From the NCBI RefSeq assembly GCF_963921235.1, contig NC_086097.1:179802001-179866000 (forward strand): a stretch of 64,000 bases of DNA, in the 5' to 3' direction. This DNA is from Mobula hypostoma (Eukaryota). The notes beneath the pieces are model-generated. The model saw only the letters and a list, made by a program, of their open reading frames with translations. It was not told where the DNA came from and made no database searches. Made by a program: the position numbers and the translations under genes. Shown one piece after another: positions 62,781-64,000 of the stretch (position 1 is the stretch's first letter; each line of letters opens with the position of its first letter).

Positions 62781-64000
62781 CAAACTAATAACACAGTCTA
62801 TCTTTAATAAGTATTCAAAGCTAATCTGAGCCTTTAATTCATAAGAAGCATTTTTTTCTTTATTCATCCATGGGATGTGGACAACACTGGCAAAGCCAGC
62901 AGTTATCATCTATCCCTAAACACCCCTGAAAATTGATGGGTCTGGATCAGACAGAGTAAGGACAGGAGATTTCCTCCCCTGAAGGACATTAATTGGTTTT
63001 CACCTGACTCTGATACCAGTTACTTCTTTTTAAAAAGTTCCATATTTATTTAATTATTTAGATTAAAATTTAGCAGCAACCATTTAAAAGACATTTTCAC
63101 AGGTCTCTGCAGTGTTGAACGATGAGACCAAACCTGATAGAGGTTTATAAAATTATGGGAGACGCAGATAGGATATTCAGTCAATATTCTTACCAGGGTT
63201 GAAATGTCTAAACTAGAGGGTGTGAATTTAAGGTGGGGGCTTTTTTTTTACATAGACTTGTGGGTTCCTGGGATGATTTGACAGTGGCAGTGGTAGGAGA
63301 TACAACAGTGACATTTAAGAGGATTTTATACATACTAATATGGACTAACATGTATGGAGAAATGGAGGAATATGGATCAGGTACAGGCAAAAGGGATTTC
63401 GTTTATTTTGTTATTGTAATCAGGTCAGACATCACAGGCCGAAGAGCCTGTTCTTGTTCTCTACTATTCTATGTTCTATGCACTAAAATGGAAAAGGTTT
63501 AGAGAGATATGGACTAAACGCAGGTAAACCTGACTAGTTTATACAGGCACCTAGGACAGCATGGACCAGTTAGGCAAACGGCCTGTTTCCATCTGTGTAA
63601 CTATGAATCTACATTTTTTACATCTTTTTTCTTTAATGTTTACAGAGCTTTATTTACTTGGAAAGGATGAAGATATTATTCATGAGGATGTTACTAGGAC
63701 TGGAGACTTTGTGTTATAAGGAGAGATTGGGTGGCAGGGTCTTTTTCCCCTTCAGCATAAACGGCAGGAGGGTGACCTTGTAGAAGTTCATGAAATCGTG
63801 AGATGCAAAGATAAGAGGAATGGTCACAGTCTTTTCCCCAGGGTAGGGAAGTTTAAAACAGGAGGTCACGGGTTTAAGGTTTAAGGAGAAAGAACGAGTT
63901 AAAGGGAACCTGACGGGCAACTGTTCACACAGAGGGTGGTGTGTATACAGAGTGAGCTGCCAGACGCAAGTAAAATTAGAATGTCAGAAAAACATTTGGA

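Noticed and set aside
1..64000. Internal promoter or first exon of the short LAMA3A isoform
   Set aside because: It is expected downstream of the L4 domain exons, beyond the left end of this window; no signal-peptide exon was recognised here.

Overview
This is eukaryotic vertebrate genomic DNA. The repeat content (CR1 LINEs, HE1/V-SINE-type SINEs, Rex1, Penelope-derived elements) points to a cartilaginous fish, probably a ray; this is an inference. The whole window lies inside one minus-strand gene, laminin alpha-3 (LAMA3, long 3B-type N-terminal region). I traced 13 consecutive coding exons (62377 down to 359; 1945 nt) with GT-AG boundaries and phases that join into one open frame. They encode the end of the first globular domain, a run of laminin EGF-like (LE) modules and the start of the laminin IV (L4) domain. 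Introns consist mostly of transposon debris: CR1, Rex1/Babar, L2, RTE and L1 LINEs, tRNA-derived SINEs, a hAT-Charlie element, Ty3/Gypsy remnants and two minisatellites. The most notable non-genic signals are: (1) a 209-bp TSD-flanked fold-back element carrying a minimal type-I hammerhead ribozyme motif (18342-18379), with several decayed relatives; (2) a five-level nested transposon stack at 53-55.6 kb; (3) a 41-bp minisatellite born inside a SINE; (4) repeated ~40-bp Rex1 tail insertions. There is no prokaryotic system or CRISPR array. Family names are from recognition of motifs, not database searches.
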